Below are positions 52,606 to 60,811 of a stretch of 64,000 bases of DNA, one piece after another. The stretch is from the NCBI GenBank assembly GCA_965113315.1, contig OZ220369.1, one strand, 5' to 3'. Numbering within the stretch: the stretch's first letter is position 1; every line of letters starts with the position of its first letter. Origin of the DNA: Podarcis vaucheri. Taxonomy: Eukaryota. Below the pieces are notes generated by a model. The model saw nothing but the letters and a program-made list of their open reading frames with translations, was not told where the DNA came from and ran no database searches. The translations under genes and the position numbers were made by a program.

Positions 52606-54941
52606 GTGGTGTCTGCCAACGGCCCTTCCATGTTTCAATCTTCTGGCTCTGCCGAAGGTGAAGAAGCTCCAGGTCAGACCAAACAGATGCAGAACAATGT
52701 ATTTCAAGCTATGGTTCAAATGCAGCACAGCGGGGAGAACCAGGCGCAGGTCAGCCTCTTCTCCTCCTCAGAAAGCATGATGGCCGTTCAGGACAACGGA
52801 ACACAGCAGCAACAGCAGCAAACCGGGAGCCTCTTTCAGCAGAGTGGGGAGTTGATGTCTCTCCAGTCTGGAAGCTTCTTGCAGCAGGCTCCCCATTCAC
52901 AGGCTCAGCTTTTTCACTCACAGAGCCCTATTGGGGATGCTCAGAACATCTCACAGGAGACCCAAAGTGCTCTCTTCCACAGCCAGAGCTCTGCCTCTTC
53001 CTCAGAGCAGCTGCAGCCTCCAATGTTCCACTCCCAGAGTCCCATGGGTGTGGTTCAGGACCAGCAGGCAAGCAACCTATTCCTTCCCCAGAGCTCAGTT
53101 GCACAGGAGGAACAGATGCCCTTCTTTGCCACACAGAATTCCATTTCTCCACTGCAGACATCTGCCAATGCTGAGCAGCAGTCGACATTCCAGCAGCAGC
53201 AGGCTCAGCTCTCACATCTCCAGAGCCCTATGCTTGCCCAAGAGCAGTCCCAGCAACAGCAGCAGAGCATGTTCCAATCACAGGTGCCCCAAAACCAGCA
53301 AGGAGCCATGTTCCAACCACAGCATTCTATGGTGGCTCTTCAGAACAGCACACCCTCCCAAGAGCAGCAGCAGCAGAATTTGAGGTTCAGCAATCAAAAT
53401 TCCATGGGTCCTATGACATCTCAGAAGCAGAACATGATGTACAACCCAAACCCTAACCCAATGGCCAGCCAGGAGCAGCAGCAGCAGCAGCATCAACAAC
53501 AACAACAACAACAAAGCCAGTCTCTCTTCCACCCACAAAGCAGCATGGCACCAATGAATCAGGATCAGCAACCCATGCAGTTTCAGAACCAGAGCCCAGG
53601 CTCTAATCAAGCTGAGTCACAGCAGCAGCCTGCCTTATTCCACAACTCACCCCAGATCCAGCTAGTCCAAGGATCCTCCAGCTCTCAGGAGCAACCTGTC
53701 ACCCTCTTCATATCATCGACTTCCATGTCTGCCTTGCAAAACAGCATGAACCAGCAAGAGTTGCAGCAGCCCCCCCTCTACTCTTCACCAAACAATATGG
53801 CTGGCATCCAGGGAGCTTCTTCACCCCCGCAGCAGCAGCAGCAGCAGGCGGCTGCTTTGTTCCATAACACACCTGGAAGTGGTTCCATGAACCAGCTGCA
53901 GAACTCCTCCGCTTCATCTCGGCAGACCTCTGGAATATTCCTGTTTGGCATCCAAGATAGTAAGTACAGAGTATCCAGAATTGTCATTGGCTAAATTTTA
54001 GTGCTTTCTTCCCTTTGTGAAGCTTGTGTTGGAGGCCACATCTGTGCAGCTGTGAAAAACTATCTAAAATTGTGTTGAATTATGACTTTCTTTGTAAAGC
54101 CCATATAATCTGGGAACACACTACAGTGTTAACAGCAATTTTGACATAGACTGCTTACAGTCTAAAGCAAGGATGGGGAACTTGTGGTCCTCCAGATGGA
54201 GTTGGACTCCAACTCCCCCCATCAGGCCCAGCCAGTATAAAAGTCAGTGATCAGTCCATTCTAAGTGTATAAATGTGTACAAAAGCATCCAAATTTAATT
54301 TGTTCACTCAGTGGCATTTATGTAGCGTTTTCGCAGAAGTAGAGATTCTGTAACTGTGGCAGAGCTGCTGTAAACCTATCTGCATGCTTTCAGAGCATAG
54401 CACAGCACATAATATGGTGGGGGAAAGCTCTCTAGCTATGCAGTAGATTTTATATATAGACAAAGAACAATGAGCCAAAGGGCCTGTTAACTTCGTATGA
54501 GATGCTTTGTGCATCTGTCGGTGTCTGACTTCTTTCTACTGGCTTCTTGGGATACCAGCAGCCTGATCCTAAATGCCTTCGGGGGAAATGCTCTGTGGGG
54601 ACACTCTAGATGTTTATGAGGCCAGTACAATGTGAAATGCAATAGGCTTCCTTTCACTGCTCAATAAATTTGCATGGTGCTCTGAATGAATCTTGTCTTT
54701 CTCAACAGACTGTGGCCAGCTCTTAACATCTGGACCCACTTCAATGTCAGATCAGATGATCACAATAAGCCAGCCACAGGGTGAAGCACAGTCATCAGTC
54801 ACAACTCTACTATCCCAGCAGATGTCTGAAAGCCCCCAGCTGCCTTCTGCTATGACCACCAATCAGAATATGAAAAAGATTGATGACCTGCTAGTGTCTC
54901 TACAAAACCAGGGGAACAACAACATGGCTGGCTCCTTCTAA
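6172..54941 (+). CDS. NFAT5: NFAT5/TonEBP (tonicity-responsive Rel-family transcription factor); spliced CDS join(6172..6244,21829..21954,33154..33718,38249..38441,39767..39957,43269..43441,44478..44612,44807..44859,47382..47514,47909..47986,50299..50444,51538..53959,54709..54941) = 4521 nt, 1506 aa + TAA
   Basis: Exon translations match the known NFAT5 protein ([23 protein letters not shown]..., Rel homology domain [15 protein letters not shown] domain, Q/S-rich C-terminus ending [13 protein letters not shown]). All introns are GT-AG, phases join without frameshift, and NQO1 is the convergent neighbour as in other amniotes. Confidence 0.97.
9125..9395 (-). mobile_element. tRNA-Lys-headed, CR1-tailed SINE split by a 137-bp TIR element (9228-9364)
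   Basis: Tail matches the copies at 24946 and 27566; the insert has TIRs CAGGGCTTTTTT / AAAATAGCACTG. Confidence 0.7.
10437..10464. repeat. (GT)14 microsatellite
   Basis: Seen directly. Confidence 0.95.
10604..10954 (-). mobile_element. CR1 LINE 3' fragment (ORF2 C-terminus + 3'UTR + ATTCTATG tail)
   Basis: Minus-strand [24 protein letters not shown]...[15 protein letters not shown] is a typical CR1 ORF2 end; octamer tail present. Confidence 0.9.
11109..12274. mobile_element. Non-autonomous hAT-type DNA transposon (1166 bp) with a perfect 8-bp TSD GGCTAGAC and a nested CR1 fragment
   Basis: GGCTAGAC at 11101-11108 and 12275-12282; termini CAGCATTTTCCAAA / TTAGAAAAAACTG. Confidence 0.8.
11348..11515 (-). 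mobile_element. CR1 3' fragment nested in the hAT element
   Basis: CATAGAATCATAGAG..GGAAGGGACC tail; similar to the copy at 10604. Confidence 0.85.
13825..13945. mobile_element. Penelope-like terminal inverted fragment
   Basis: TAGTACCTTAAAGATT...AGTCTTAAAGTGCTAC inverted arrangement resembling reptile Penelope ends; degraded. Confidence 0.4.
14327..14435. mobile_element. Palindromic MITE-like repeat (GGTTGTATCCAA...TTGGATAC); related copies at ~13500-13605, 9454-9480 and 61753-61868
   Basis: Imperfect hairpin with CTACTC/GAGTAG and ATTGAA/TTCAA arms; recurs in the window. Confidence 0.65.
14834..15201 (+). mobile_element. L2-type LINE 3' fragment with (TTA)n tail
   Basis: CCTGAAGGAGCGTCTC...AGGGCCTTCTCAGTAGTGG...TGTGGAACGCCCTCC...AGACATCTGAAGGCAGCC; same family as the copy at 15943. 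Confidence 0.85.
15943..16293 (+). mobile_element. L2-type LINE 3' fragment, second copy
   Basis: Colinear with 14834-15201; ends ATAAATAATTTATTATTATT. Confidence 0.85.
16294..16335. repeat. (ATC)14 microsatellite extending the L2 tail
   Basis: Seen directly. Confidence 0.95.
16341..16415 (+). mobile_element. CR1/SINE 3' tail; similar tails at 17007-17080 (+) and 17922-17981 (-)
   Basis: GGGTTGGACTAGATG...CCCTTC...ATTCTGTGATTCTA. Confidence 0.8.
16680..16783. mobile_element. Short hairpin hAT-type MITE; partial relatives at ~1-56, 2570-2610, 46478-46550, 54168-54235 and 62165-62290
   Basis: CAGGTGTGGGGAACCTTTGGCCCTCCAAATGTTGCTGAACT is the reverse complement (with mismatches) of AGTTCAGTAATATTTGGAGGACCAAAGGCTCCCCATTCCTG. 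Confidence 0.8.
21829..21954 (+). CDS. NFAT5: NFAT5 exon (126 nt), [42 protein letters not shown]
   Basis: Long pyrimidine tract + TAG acceptor (AG 21827-28); donor CTG|GTAAGT; phase 1-1. Confidence 0.96.
23847..24130 (-). mobile_element. L2 3' end (minus, ~23847-23973) abutting a short TIR element (23994-24130) with GGGAC subterminal repeats
   Basis: Reverse complement of the L2 tail seen at 15100-15200; termini CATACCCTACAA / TTGGAAGGTCTG. Confidence 0.7.
24946..25087 (-). mobile_element. SINE with a tRNA-Lys(CTT)-derived head and a CR1 3' tail
   Basis: Reverse complement GGATGGTTCAGTCGGTAGAGCACGAGACTCCTAATCTTAGGGTTGTGGGTTCAAGCTCCACGTTGGGC resembles vertebrate tRNA-Lys-CTT and is followed by the CR1 tail. 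Confidence 0.88.
26397..26632. mobile_element. hAT (Charlie-like) MITE with perfect 8-bp TSD TCTTAAAA
   Basis: TSD at 26389-96 and 26633-40; termini CAGGGGTAAGCA / TGCCTACCTCTG. Confidence 0.88.
27566..27703 (-). mobile_element. SINE, tRNA-Lys head + CR1 tail (another copy)
   Basis: Colinear with 24946-25087. Confidence 0.88.
28406..28569. other. Run of 164 N (gap or masked sequence)
   Basis: Seen directly. Confidence 0.99.
28623..28690 (+). other. NFAT5: Candidate 68-nt NFAT5 cassette (poison / alternative-start) exon
   Basis: ~30-nt pyrimidine tract + ATAG acceptor, AAA|GTAAGC donor; in-frame TGA after 2 codons; no transcript evidence available. Confidence 0.5.
32564..32713 (+). other. 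NFAT5: Candidate 150-nt NFAT5 cassette exon, largely hidden by an N-run
   Basis: Acceptor TTATTTTTGTCTTTCATTTCTCATTTAATAG; reads V-N-I-W-N-N in frame; the N-run ends in N-TAAGC (=GTAAGC donor if the last N is G). Confidence 0.55.
32583..32714. other. Run of 132 N (gap or masked sequence)
   Basis: Seen directly. Confidence 0.99.
33154..33718 (+). CDS. NFAT5: NFAT5 large N-terminal exon (565 nt): [17 protein letters not shown]..., auxiliary export domain ([26 protein letters not shown]), NLS (RKSRKRNPK)
   Basis: CCGCAG acceptor; donor TGG|GTTGGT at 33719; phase 1-2; translation matches the ORF track 33117..33794. Confidence 0.96.
34275..34306. repeat. (TG)16 microsatellite
   Basis: Seen directly. 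Confidence 0.95.
34568..34638. repeat. Compound (TC)n(CA)n microsatellite
   Basis: Seen directly. Confidence 0.95.
35599..36012 (+). mobile_element. Young-looking L2 LINE 3' fragment with an open ORF2 C-terminus and a long (TTA)n tail
   Basis: Translation [16 protein letters not shown]...[15 protein letters not shown] is the L2 ORF2 end motif; CpGs retained; tail at 35968-36012. Confidence 0.88.
36570..36735. mobile_element. hAT (Charlie-like) MITE, TSD TGCTAGAC/AGCTAGAC
   Basis: Termini CAGGGGTGGGCAACCT / AGGTTGACAACCCCTT; 7 of 8 TSD bases match. Confidence 0.85.
38249..38441 (+). CDS. NFAT5: NFAT5 exon (193 nt), start of the Rel homology domain ([31 protein letters not shown])
   Basis: CTCTTTAG acceptor; AAG|GTAGGC donor; phase 2-0. 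Confidence 0.96.
39767..39957 (+). CDS. NFAT5: NFAT5 exon (191 nt), RHD ([64 protein letters not shown])
   Basis: TTGTAG acceptor; GGC|GTAAGT donor; phase 0-2. Not in the ORF track; translated by hand. Confidence 0.96.
40350..40558. mobile_element. Tc1/mariner (Tigger-like) MITE, TA TSD
   Basis: TA-CAGTGGTACCTCTGGTTAC ... GTAACCCAAGGTACCACTG-TA. Confidence 0.9.
43269..43441 (+). CDS. NFAT5: NFAT5 exon (173 nt), RHD ([36 protein letters not shown]...SSPILC)
   Basis: TTGCTAG acceptor; GCA|GTAAGT donor; phase 2-1. Confidence 0.96.
44478..44612 (+). CDS. NFAT5: NFAT5 exon (135 nt), IPT domain ([44 protein letters not shown])
   Basis: TTTGTAG acceptor; CTG|GTGAGA donor; phase 1-1. Confidence 0.96.
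44807..44859 (+). CDS. NFAT5: NFAT5 exon (53 nt), [18 protein letters not shown]
   Basis: Pyrimidine tract + AAACAG acceptor; CAG|GTACAT donor; phase 1-0. Confidence 0.95.
45354..45590. mobile_element. Young Tc1/mariner (Tigger-like) MITE, TA TSD, CpG-rich
   Basis: TA-CAGTGGTGCCTCGCAAGACGAAAA ... TTTTCGTCTTGCGGGACACCACTG-TA; internal repeats of TTTTCGTCTTGCG. Confidence 0.92.
46003..46440 (+). mobile_element. Old CR1-type 3' fragment interrupted by an AT-rich antisense insert (~46128-46320); a related fragment lies at ~46880-47000
   Basis: ATGGAGGATAAGCCTATCAATGG...ACCAGTTG...TTGGCCACTGTGAGAACAGG.TGCTGGACTAG...CTGATCCAGCA; same family as 57010-57170. Confidence 0.7.
47382..47514 (+). CDS. 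NFAT5: NFAT5 exon (133 nt), [44 protein letters not shown]
   Basis: T-rich tract + TTTAG acceptor; CAT|GTATGT donor; phase 0-1. Confidence 0.95.
47909..47986 (+). CDS. NFAT5: NFAT5 exon (78 nt), [26 protein letters not shown]
   Basis: TTTGCAG acceptor; AAG|GTATCT donor; phase 1-1; resembles the NFAT5 post-IPT linker. Confidence 0.92.
48204..48457 (+). mobile_element. Full-length tRNA/CORE (MIR-like, Squam3-type) SINE with an L2-like 3' end and (TTC)n tail
   Basis: A box TGGTGTAGTGG, B box GGTTCGTGTCTCC, CORE GGGTGACCTTGGGCCAGTCAC, tail GGCGGGATAT...(TTC)n. The family name is an inference. Confidence 0.85.
48960..49085 (-). mobile_element. Old tRNA-derived SINE fragment; an oppositely oriented relative lies at 49740-49920 (+)
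   Basis: GGGATTAGACCTGGGACCTTCTGCATGCA is the reverse complement of TGTATACAGAAGGTCCCAGTTTCAATCC at ~49773. Confidence 0.65.
50299..50444 (+). CDS. NFAT5: NFAT5 exon (146 nt), [49 protein letters not shown]
   Basis: TGCTGCAG acceptor; AAG|GTAAGT donor; phase 1-0. Confidence 0.92.
51538..53959 (+). CDS. NFAT5: NFAT5 giant exon (2422 nt), Q/S-rich disordered transactivation region with several polyQ tracts
   Basis: CCCTCAG acceptor; ATA|GTAAGT donor; lies within the 830-aa ORF 51502..53994; phase 0-1. Confidence 0.96.
54709..54941 (+). CDS. NFAT5: NFAT5 last coding exon ([10 protein letters not shown]...[21 protein letters not shown]); exon continues 8 nt past TAA to a donor at 54950
   Basis: CTCAACAG acceptor; TAA at 54939-41; CAG|GTGAGT donor. 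Confidence 0.95.
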
Positions 54942-57009
54942 CTGTCCAGGTGAGTTGGAGATGGGAGTCAAAGACTGTAGCCAAGCCAGCATGTTCTCTT
55001 CTTATTTCTTGCAGCTAATAAAAGTCTGTCTTTTCTGCTGCTTCCCCAGAATGATAATAGAATTAGTGCCTGTCTTGAGAGTAAATAGATCTTCACAGCC
55101 CTCATTCTCCTGGCCCTTAGGACACTTGCAGTGGCCTCACTGAACTTGATTACATGGCTCAGAAATCCCAGGGTGGATATGGGGTCGTTTGCCTTGACTT
55201 CAGCTCAAGGCTGAAATATGCAGTTCCAAGGCAGCATGGTCAGCTGTGTTTACTCCACACAGAAATAAAGCCTTATTTTTCTGGCCTGAATAAATTCTAC
55301 AAAGGAAACAGGGGCTTTTACATAATCCTTTTTCTACTGGCAGTGATTGGAATCCTTGCTCTGCCTCTTGAGACATAAAAGTGTCATCCACTTGTCTGCA
55401 ACAATGCTTTCAGCCATTAGCGTCTAGGAGCTTTCTTTACAACAGCATTAAATCTTATTATTTTAGGATGTTAAATCCTACCAGGTTCTGTGCTGCTGGT
55501 GCAGTTACAAGAGAGAGCTCAGCAGCACATGGCCCTCCCCAAGCCATAATGCTAGGAGGGGCTCTCTCACACTCCAACTCCATAGTATACATCCCCTCTT
55601 CAAGTCCCAGTCAGATTTCACTGATGGGTGGCAGTAATATTACATTCAAAGAAGCCATCATTGGTAACTTCAGCATAGAGGGAAATAACCAGCTGTTGGA
55701 TGCTGTTTAATTAGAGTGCTTTAGGGGGAAAGAATGAGGCTCTTACTACGCTTAACTTTTGTCTTTGTGTGTTCTTTTAGCTTGTAACTTCAGAAATCCT
55801 GTAATGGACAAGCAGATTTGCAAGACTTTCGTTCTTGTGACTCTGGAATTTAGGATGTTTGGAGTTAAATTTCCTGTGTCAAAGTGCGGCCTTGGACCCA
55901 AGGGGAAATGTAGCCTTCACCATCACTTTGGAAGAGTACCCATGCTAAGCCTGATGAGAAACGGCTGCTGAGTGAGAGCATCAGAGAGAGACTTCTTGAA
56001 GCTGGAAGAGGCGAAAGAGGCTCTACTTTGGACAGTTGCCCCCATCTCTAGTCCAGCTGTGGGGATGCAGAGTGCAGCTGCTCATTTATCATTGCAGCTT
56101 GGGACTGAAAGAACCTGAGACTGTGTCTGCTCCTCTCTTTCAGCTCTTCTTCACAGCTCTTGGAACAGGCTGCAAAGCACACAGGGATATGTGTCCTAAA
56201 ATAACTGGGATATACAAATGGTTGATTCACACATTTATGCTCATCACTTGAAGACTCAATCACTTGATTTGCAGGTGTAAATGGTTTCCAGTGAAAAATG
56301 TTGCTTGGGGGAGGTGAAGGTGATTCAAGTGTTCAGTCCTCAATTATGCATTTCACTCATGCCAGTCATTGCTTAATGGTGCAGTTACCAAGTGTTGAAC
56401 ATACCAGTGTGAATTAGTGACTCTTTGTTAAATGGAAGCTGCTGTCAGCTTCATAGCAGTATGGAGAAAGCTGTGAATTAGCACCTAGGAAGGTGGCATA
56501 TACTGGCAGAGAGTCCCCTAAAGCCACGAGGGGCGGGGAGTGGGTGATACCCAAGAATGTGACTACAGCTTCCTGGGAGGCTGGAAGATTGGCTGCTCAA
56601 ACAGGGACTTTTCTGAGCCTCTGGTGCTCTGCCCATCTCCCCTTTCACAAGGGGGCAGTTTGCTATGCTGAGCAATAGACCCCCTCTTGAGTCCTGCCTT
56701 GATAGGCCATAAGCTGAATTTTGTTCCTCTTAATCCCTTTTCTGTCTCTTTCCTCTTGTGTGAAATATGCTGCCACCAGTACAAATCTGAATTAGGTTTT
56801 TTGGAGACCAGAAGGTCCATTGTAGTGGGGCTGTAATGACCAAGCTGGCTGATACCTCCTTGGTCTGTAGAGGAGGGGTGAGAGAATATTTTTGGGCATG
56901 CTGGTTTCTGCTCCTCCACCCCTTTTCTAATTGGTGCAGGTTTGAAGTCTTAAATTTAAACTCACATGTGGGGAGGGGGATTTGGCAGCTTCCCCTCGGG
57001 GCTTGAAGG

Positions 57010-57170
57010 GGTGCCTCTGTATACCAGTTGCTGAGAATTGCAGGTGGGCAGAGTACTATTGCACCTAGGTCCTGCTTGTGGACTAGGTATCTGGTTGGCC
57101 ACTGTAAGAACATGACGCTGGACTAGATGGGCCATTGAACTGATCCAGTAGGCTTTACTTATGTTCTTAC
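57010..57170 (+). mobile_element. CR1-type 3' end within the NFAT5 3'UTR
   Basis: TTGGCCACTGTAAGAACATGACGCTGGACTAGATGGGCCATTG..CTGATCCAG...CTTATGTTCTTA tail. Confidence 0.75.
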
Positions 57171-57907
57171 ATAGCTCCTTTAGCTCATACGAGACAAGTA
57201 ACGTCACTCTTTCAAAATGCAAATGCTGGTGATGAATTTGCATCCATTTTGGCTTAAAAGGCAGATGCTCTTGTGTGCTGTCAGCACCAAGGGGCAAACT
57301 CAATTTCAGGTGCTCTCCAGGGATAGCTACAGTTTCCCTCTTCTGGATTTTTATTTCCCTCTCCTCCTTTCCTGCACATCAAATGCTGTGTGTGGTGTCT
57401 GTCACCCAACAGCTGTTGTGTGTGACTCTTGTTGGCATTGGGGAGTTGTGTTTTTTAGTAAGCATTGGTGTTCATTTTTGTTACTTTTGTGTAGAGAAGA
57501 ATTTAGCTTGTACCTGGTTTTTTAGGCTACCCCTTGTGTGTTTTTTTCTAACTTGTGCTCCACCTTGAGCTATGTAGAGTTGTGCTTGTTTTTTGTTATT
57601 GTTGTTGTCCTGTTAAATGCCAGTCCGTCTCTGATGTTTGCAGTCAGTGATTCGTTCTGTTTGTCCGTCTCTCTTTGAGAGGCTTGAGTTATGTTTTCAG
57701 TAGTACAGGCTATTTTGCCGATATGAAGAGAACTTTTCAGAAAGAGACCTGCTCTAGGTCATTTAATTTTGAATACAGTTTTCAATCGTTCAGGTTTTGG
57801 ATGGTTTATATCTAATGTGTGTTTCATTTTTTTGGAAAGCTCTATTTTGTATTTAGAAAATGATAAACTATTTTGCTATTTGTACTGAGTGAGTACATTG
57901 GCATAAA

Positions 57908-57962
57908 TAATATATATATATATAAATATATATATACATATACATATATTCACACACATATA
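57908..57962. repeat. Imperfect (TA)n/(CA)n tract in the NFAT5 3'UTR
   Basis: Seen directly. Confidence 0.9.
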
Positions 57963-59489
57963 TTCTTTTTGCCACAGATTTTTGTGGTAAATGTGTGAGT
58001 TTTGTTGTCTGTTTTCCCACAACATGGCATCTAGGAACCAGGGGAAGGGGGGTTGTTGTTAAGTCTTCACAAAGTATTTGAGTACTTCTTGCAGCAGATG
58101 TGATTGGTTCATCTCTGGCCGTTCATATAATCAGGCAGCCTCTGTGCTGACTGGCTGTGAGGGCAGCTTCACTGCGGAGGTGACACATGTGCATCTTCCT
58201 TTGCATGGGAGTCCCTTGACATGAGCCATTCAGCTGTTCACTCATGGTTAATGTCTAATATTTTATTGCTAGCTTTTTAATTTATAACAACACTACAAAT
58301 TCACAATTGGAACCTTCTTTCCTCATTTCATGATGTCTGTAGCTGCATTGAGCTTGCTTCTCTTACAATGTTATGTTTCTTTTATTTGCTGAAAGAGTAT
58401 TGAGGATGGGAAGGAGCAGCCATGTGCCTAACTATGAATGGGGAGGCAGAAAGGGATGTACCAAGCCAGCGGCTTTTGCTTTCACTTCTGGGGATCCTGC
58501 AGTTGGGCCTGGGGCTGCCTATGTCTTCTGGAAGAGGCACTTAGTCCTAGGCCATGGCAGGAGCTTTATGGGGAAGAAGTGTGTGGAGAGGGTTGAGTAG
58601 GAGCAGGTTGACTTGTACGCTGCTGTGTCTTGTTCATTTCGGTGGCATCAGGACCGTCCTCAGAGGACAGTACTAAGTCACCAGGGACCAATCCTCTATT
58701 GAACCAAGTTTCCTGCTCAGAGCTGCCTCTTGTCACTTCTCCCCACATTACTCCAGCCATACAACGCAGGCATCTGCGTTCTGTTTGTTAAAAGGGCTCC
58801 TGCTGCTGCTCTGTTCAAAATGGTGATGTACATGGGTTTTTGGGTTGGTTTATTTCTATTTTTTCTTGGTCCATTTTAGGTCAATATTTAAATGTGCAGC
58901 ATTTTTAACGTGATTTGGTTACAAAAAAGTATGTCTTTGGAACAAAGGTCTGCTCAGTGGCTGGCTGGTGCTGCACTTTCCTACACCCTTTTTGTTTGTT
59001 TTGCGGGGCCTGCATTCTAGAGTTTCATGGAGATGGGACCTCAGGAGCCTTGCAAGGTGCATCTTGTTTCCTGTGTGTTCTTGATCCCCACATGGCATTT
59101 GGATCTCATGTTGTCCCCATTCATTTTACCCTCTGCATCAGTCCACAAGAATCCAACTGAGCCTTTCCACCACAAAGGGCTTCAAACTACAGGAAGCAAT
59201 CATTTTTATGGTCAACTCCCTCCTCAAACACTCTGGATAAAGCCACATTGGGAATCAGATTTTGTAGAACTATAAAAGCCCTTGTGGTTTCAGGTCCCTC
59301 CCTGCATATTAATGGTCAAGAGAGAGCTGTCCTTTCAGGCATCCCTGACTTGCTTTCCTTCCTCCTCTTGTGCACCACTCCAAACATGCCTAGGAAAGTG
59401 TTTGTGTCTTATCCTGAGTAATCCTCTAGCACACTGCATCAGAGCAGAGCCTGAAAGGCCAGGAAGTACCTCATTTGGTCTTGCCCACC

Positions 59490-59750
59490 CTGGCAATGAG
59501 CAACTTGGTCATAGCCACGTCCCATTTGAAAAGGTTGAAAGGACTAGGTATATTTAGGCTGCACAAGAAACAACGAAGAGGAGATTTGATAACCATCACT
59601 AAGTATTTGAGAGGCTGTCACTCTTGATCATGGGAGCAATTTTTTTTTTCTTCTCCAGGGCTTCAGTGTTAACCAATAGGTCCATTTTGCAAGAAAAAGG
59701 ATTTAAACTAAATGTTAGGAAGAACGAACTTCTTGACAGTCCAGGCTGCT
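59490..59750 (+). mobile_element. Degraded CR1 ORF2 3' fragment within the NFAT5 3'UTR
   Basis: TTTAGGCTG..AAGAAACAACGAAGAGGAGATTTGATAACCATC..TAAGTATTTGAGAGGCTGTCAC...AATGTTAGGAAGAAC parallels the CR1 at 10604. Confidence 0.7.
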
Positions 59751-60524
59751 TGTGACTGCTTCAGAAAATGGTGGTCTCTTGTTTGAGCTCATAGCAGAGG
59801 ATTTCCTGCGTTGAAATAACTTTTGAGTGTAACCCTGACCTCTGCACCAGACATGGCCCATGTGGATGCTGCTGCTGCCACCACTGCAGTTTTCTTTCAG
59901 TCCCTGCCACCACTGCCGCTTTGATCCTTAAGCCCTTAGGTAGCTTGGCTGTCATCGGGTCCATTGTTTCCTCTTTTCAGCAGCTTTTGTATTGGGGCTG
60001 TGGCCCATGGAGTCCAGCTTGTTTGGAATGAAGTCCCATTTGGACAGGGCAAGGTTTTGTTCTGAACAGTGTGGGCTTGGACCTGCTGAGACCAAGAATC
60101 TTGTTGCACCCATCTGTCCCAACAGCAATTTGTGTGCAACTAATGAAGGTTTTCTCCCAGAGCTAGGCCTGTTAATATCGCTGCAGTCCTAACACACTCC
60201 CTCCCCCTCCCCTTTCTTGCCATGCTTGCTTAGAACAGCATTCAAGACCAGCCAGCCACCAAGCAGCCTTTTCCAATATCCTGCAATGTGAATGTAGCCT
60301 CAGATGGCCCCTTGTGCATTTTGTGTCCCTGGCTTGTGTAGGTGGGTTTCTCAGAGCACTGATAATGGTTTTGTTTATTCTATTGGAGGGGGTGGGGGGG
60401 ACTCATTTGCATTTGTTTTTAGCTATCCTGTGATAACTTGTTGAATATTAAGAGAGAGATATTTTGCTTCTATTGGGACATTTGTATACTTGCAACTATA
60501 TTTCTGTACACAGCTGCAGTCAAG

Positions 60525-60530
60525 AATAAA
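60525..60530 (+). terminator. NFAT5: NFAT5 polyadenylation signal AATAAA
   Basis: AATAAA with upstream TGTA elements (60483, 60505) and a downstream U/GU-rich tract. Confidence 0.8.
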
Positions 60531-60666
60531 ACTTTGAAAGTTTTCATTTTGCAGTGTATTGCTACTGTGCTCCATTCTTTTCAGTATCTTGGAGTCACTT
60601 GGTCCTGAAGTGCAAGGCTAGTGTGTTGTCTGCTGAGCCCTGCGCACACTGGCTACAAGTTTACTA

Positions 60667-60811
60667 ATGATAGCTCAGTTGGTTAGGGCATGATGCTGGT
60701 AACACCAGGGTTGCAGGTTTGATCCCCATATGAGGCAGCTGCATATTCCAGCATTGCAGGGGGTTTGGACTAGATGATCCTCAGGGTCCCTTCCAACCCT
60801 GCAATTCTATA
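60667..60811 (+). mobile_element. SINE with a tRNA-Ile-derived head and a CR1 3' tail, between the NFAT5 and NQO1 3' ends
   Basis: TAGCTCAGTTGGTTAGGGCATGATGCTGGTAACACCAGGGTTGCAGGTTTGATCCCC resembles vertebrate tRNA-Ile; followed by GGACTAGATGATCCTCAGGGTCCCTTCCAAC. Confidence 0.85.

Larger units (their letters stand above)
55781..60555 (+). other. NFAT5: NFAT5 terminal non-coding exon, ~4.8 kb 3'UTR
   Basis: Strong acceptor (CTTAAC branch-like, TTTTGTCTTTGTGTGTTCTTTTAG ending 55780); U-rich blocks; AATAAA at 60525. The 3' end is approximate. Confidence 0.78.

Noticed and set aside
51515-53987. Antisense and shifted ORFs with poly-L/C/A/S runs
   Set aside because: These are shadows of the CAG-rich NFAT5 exon.
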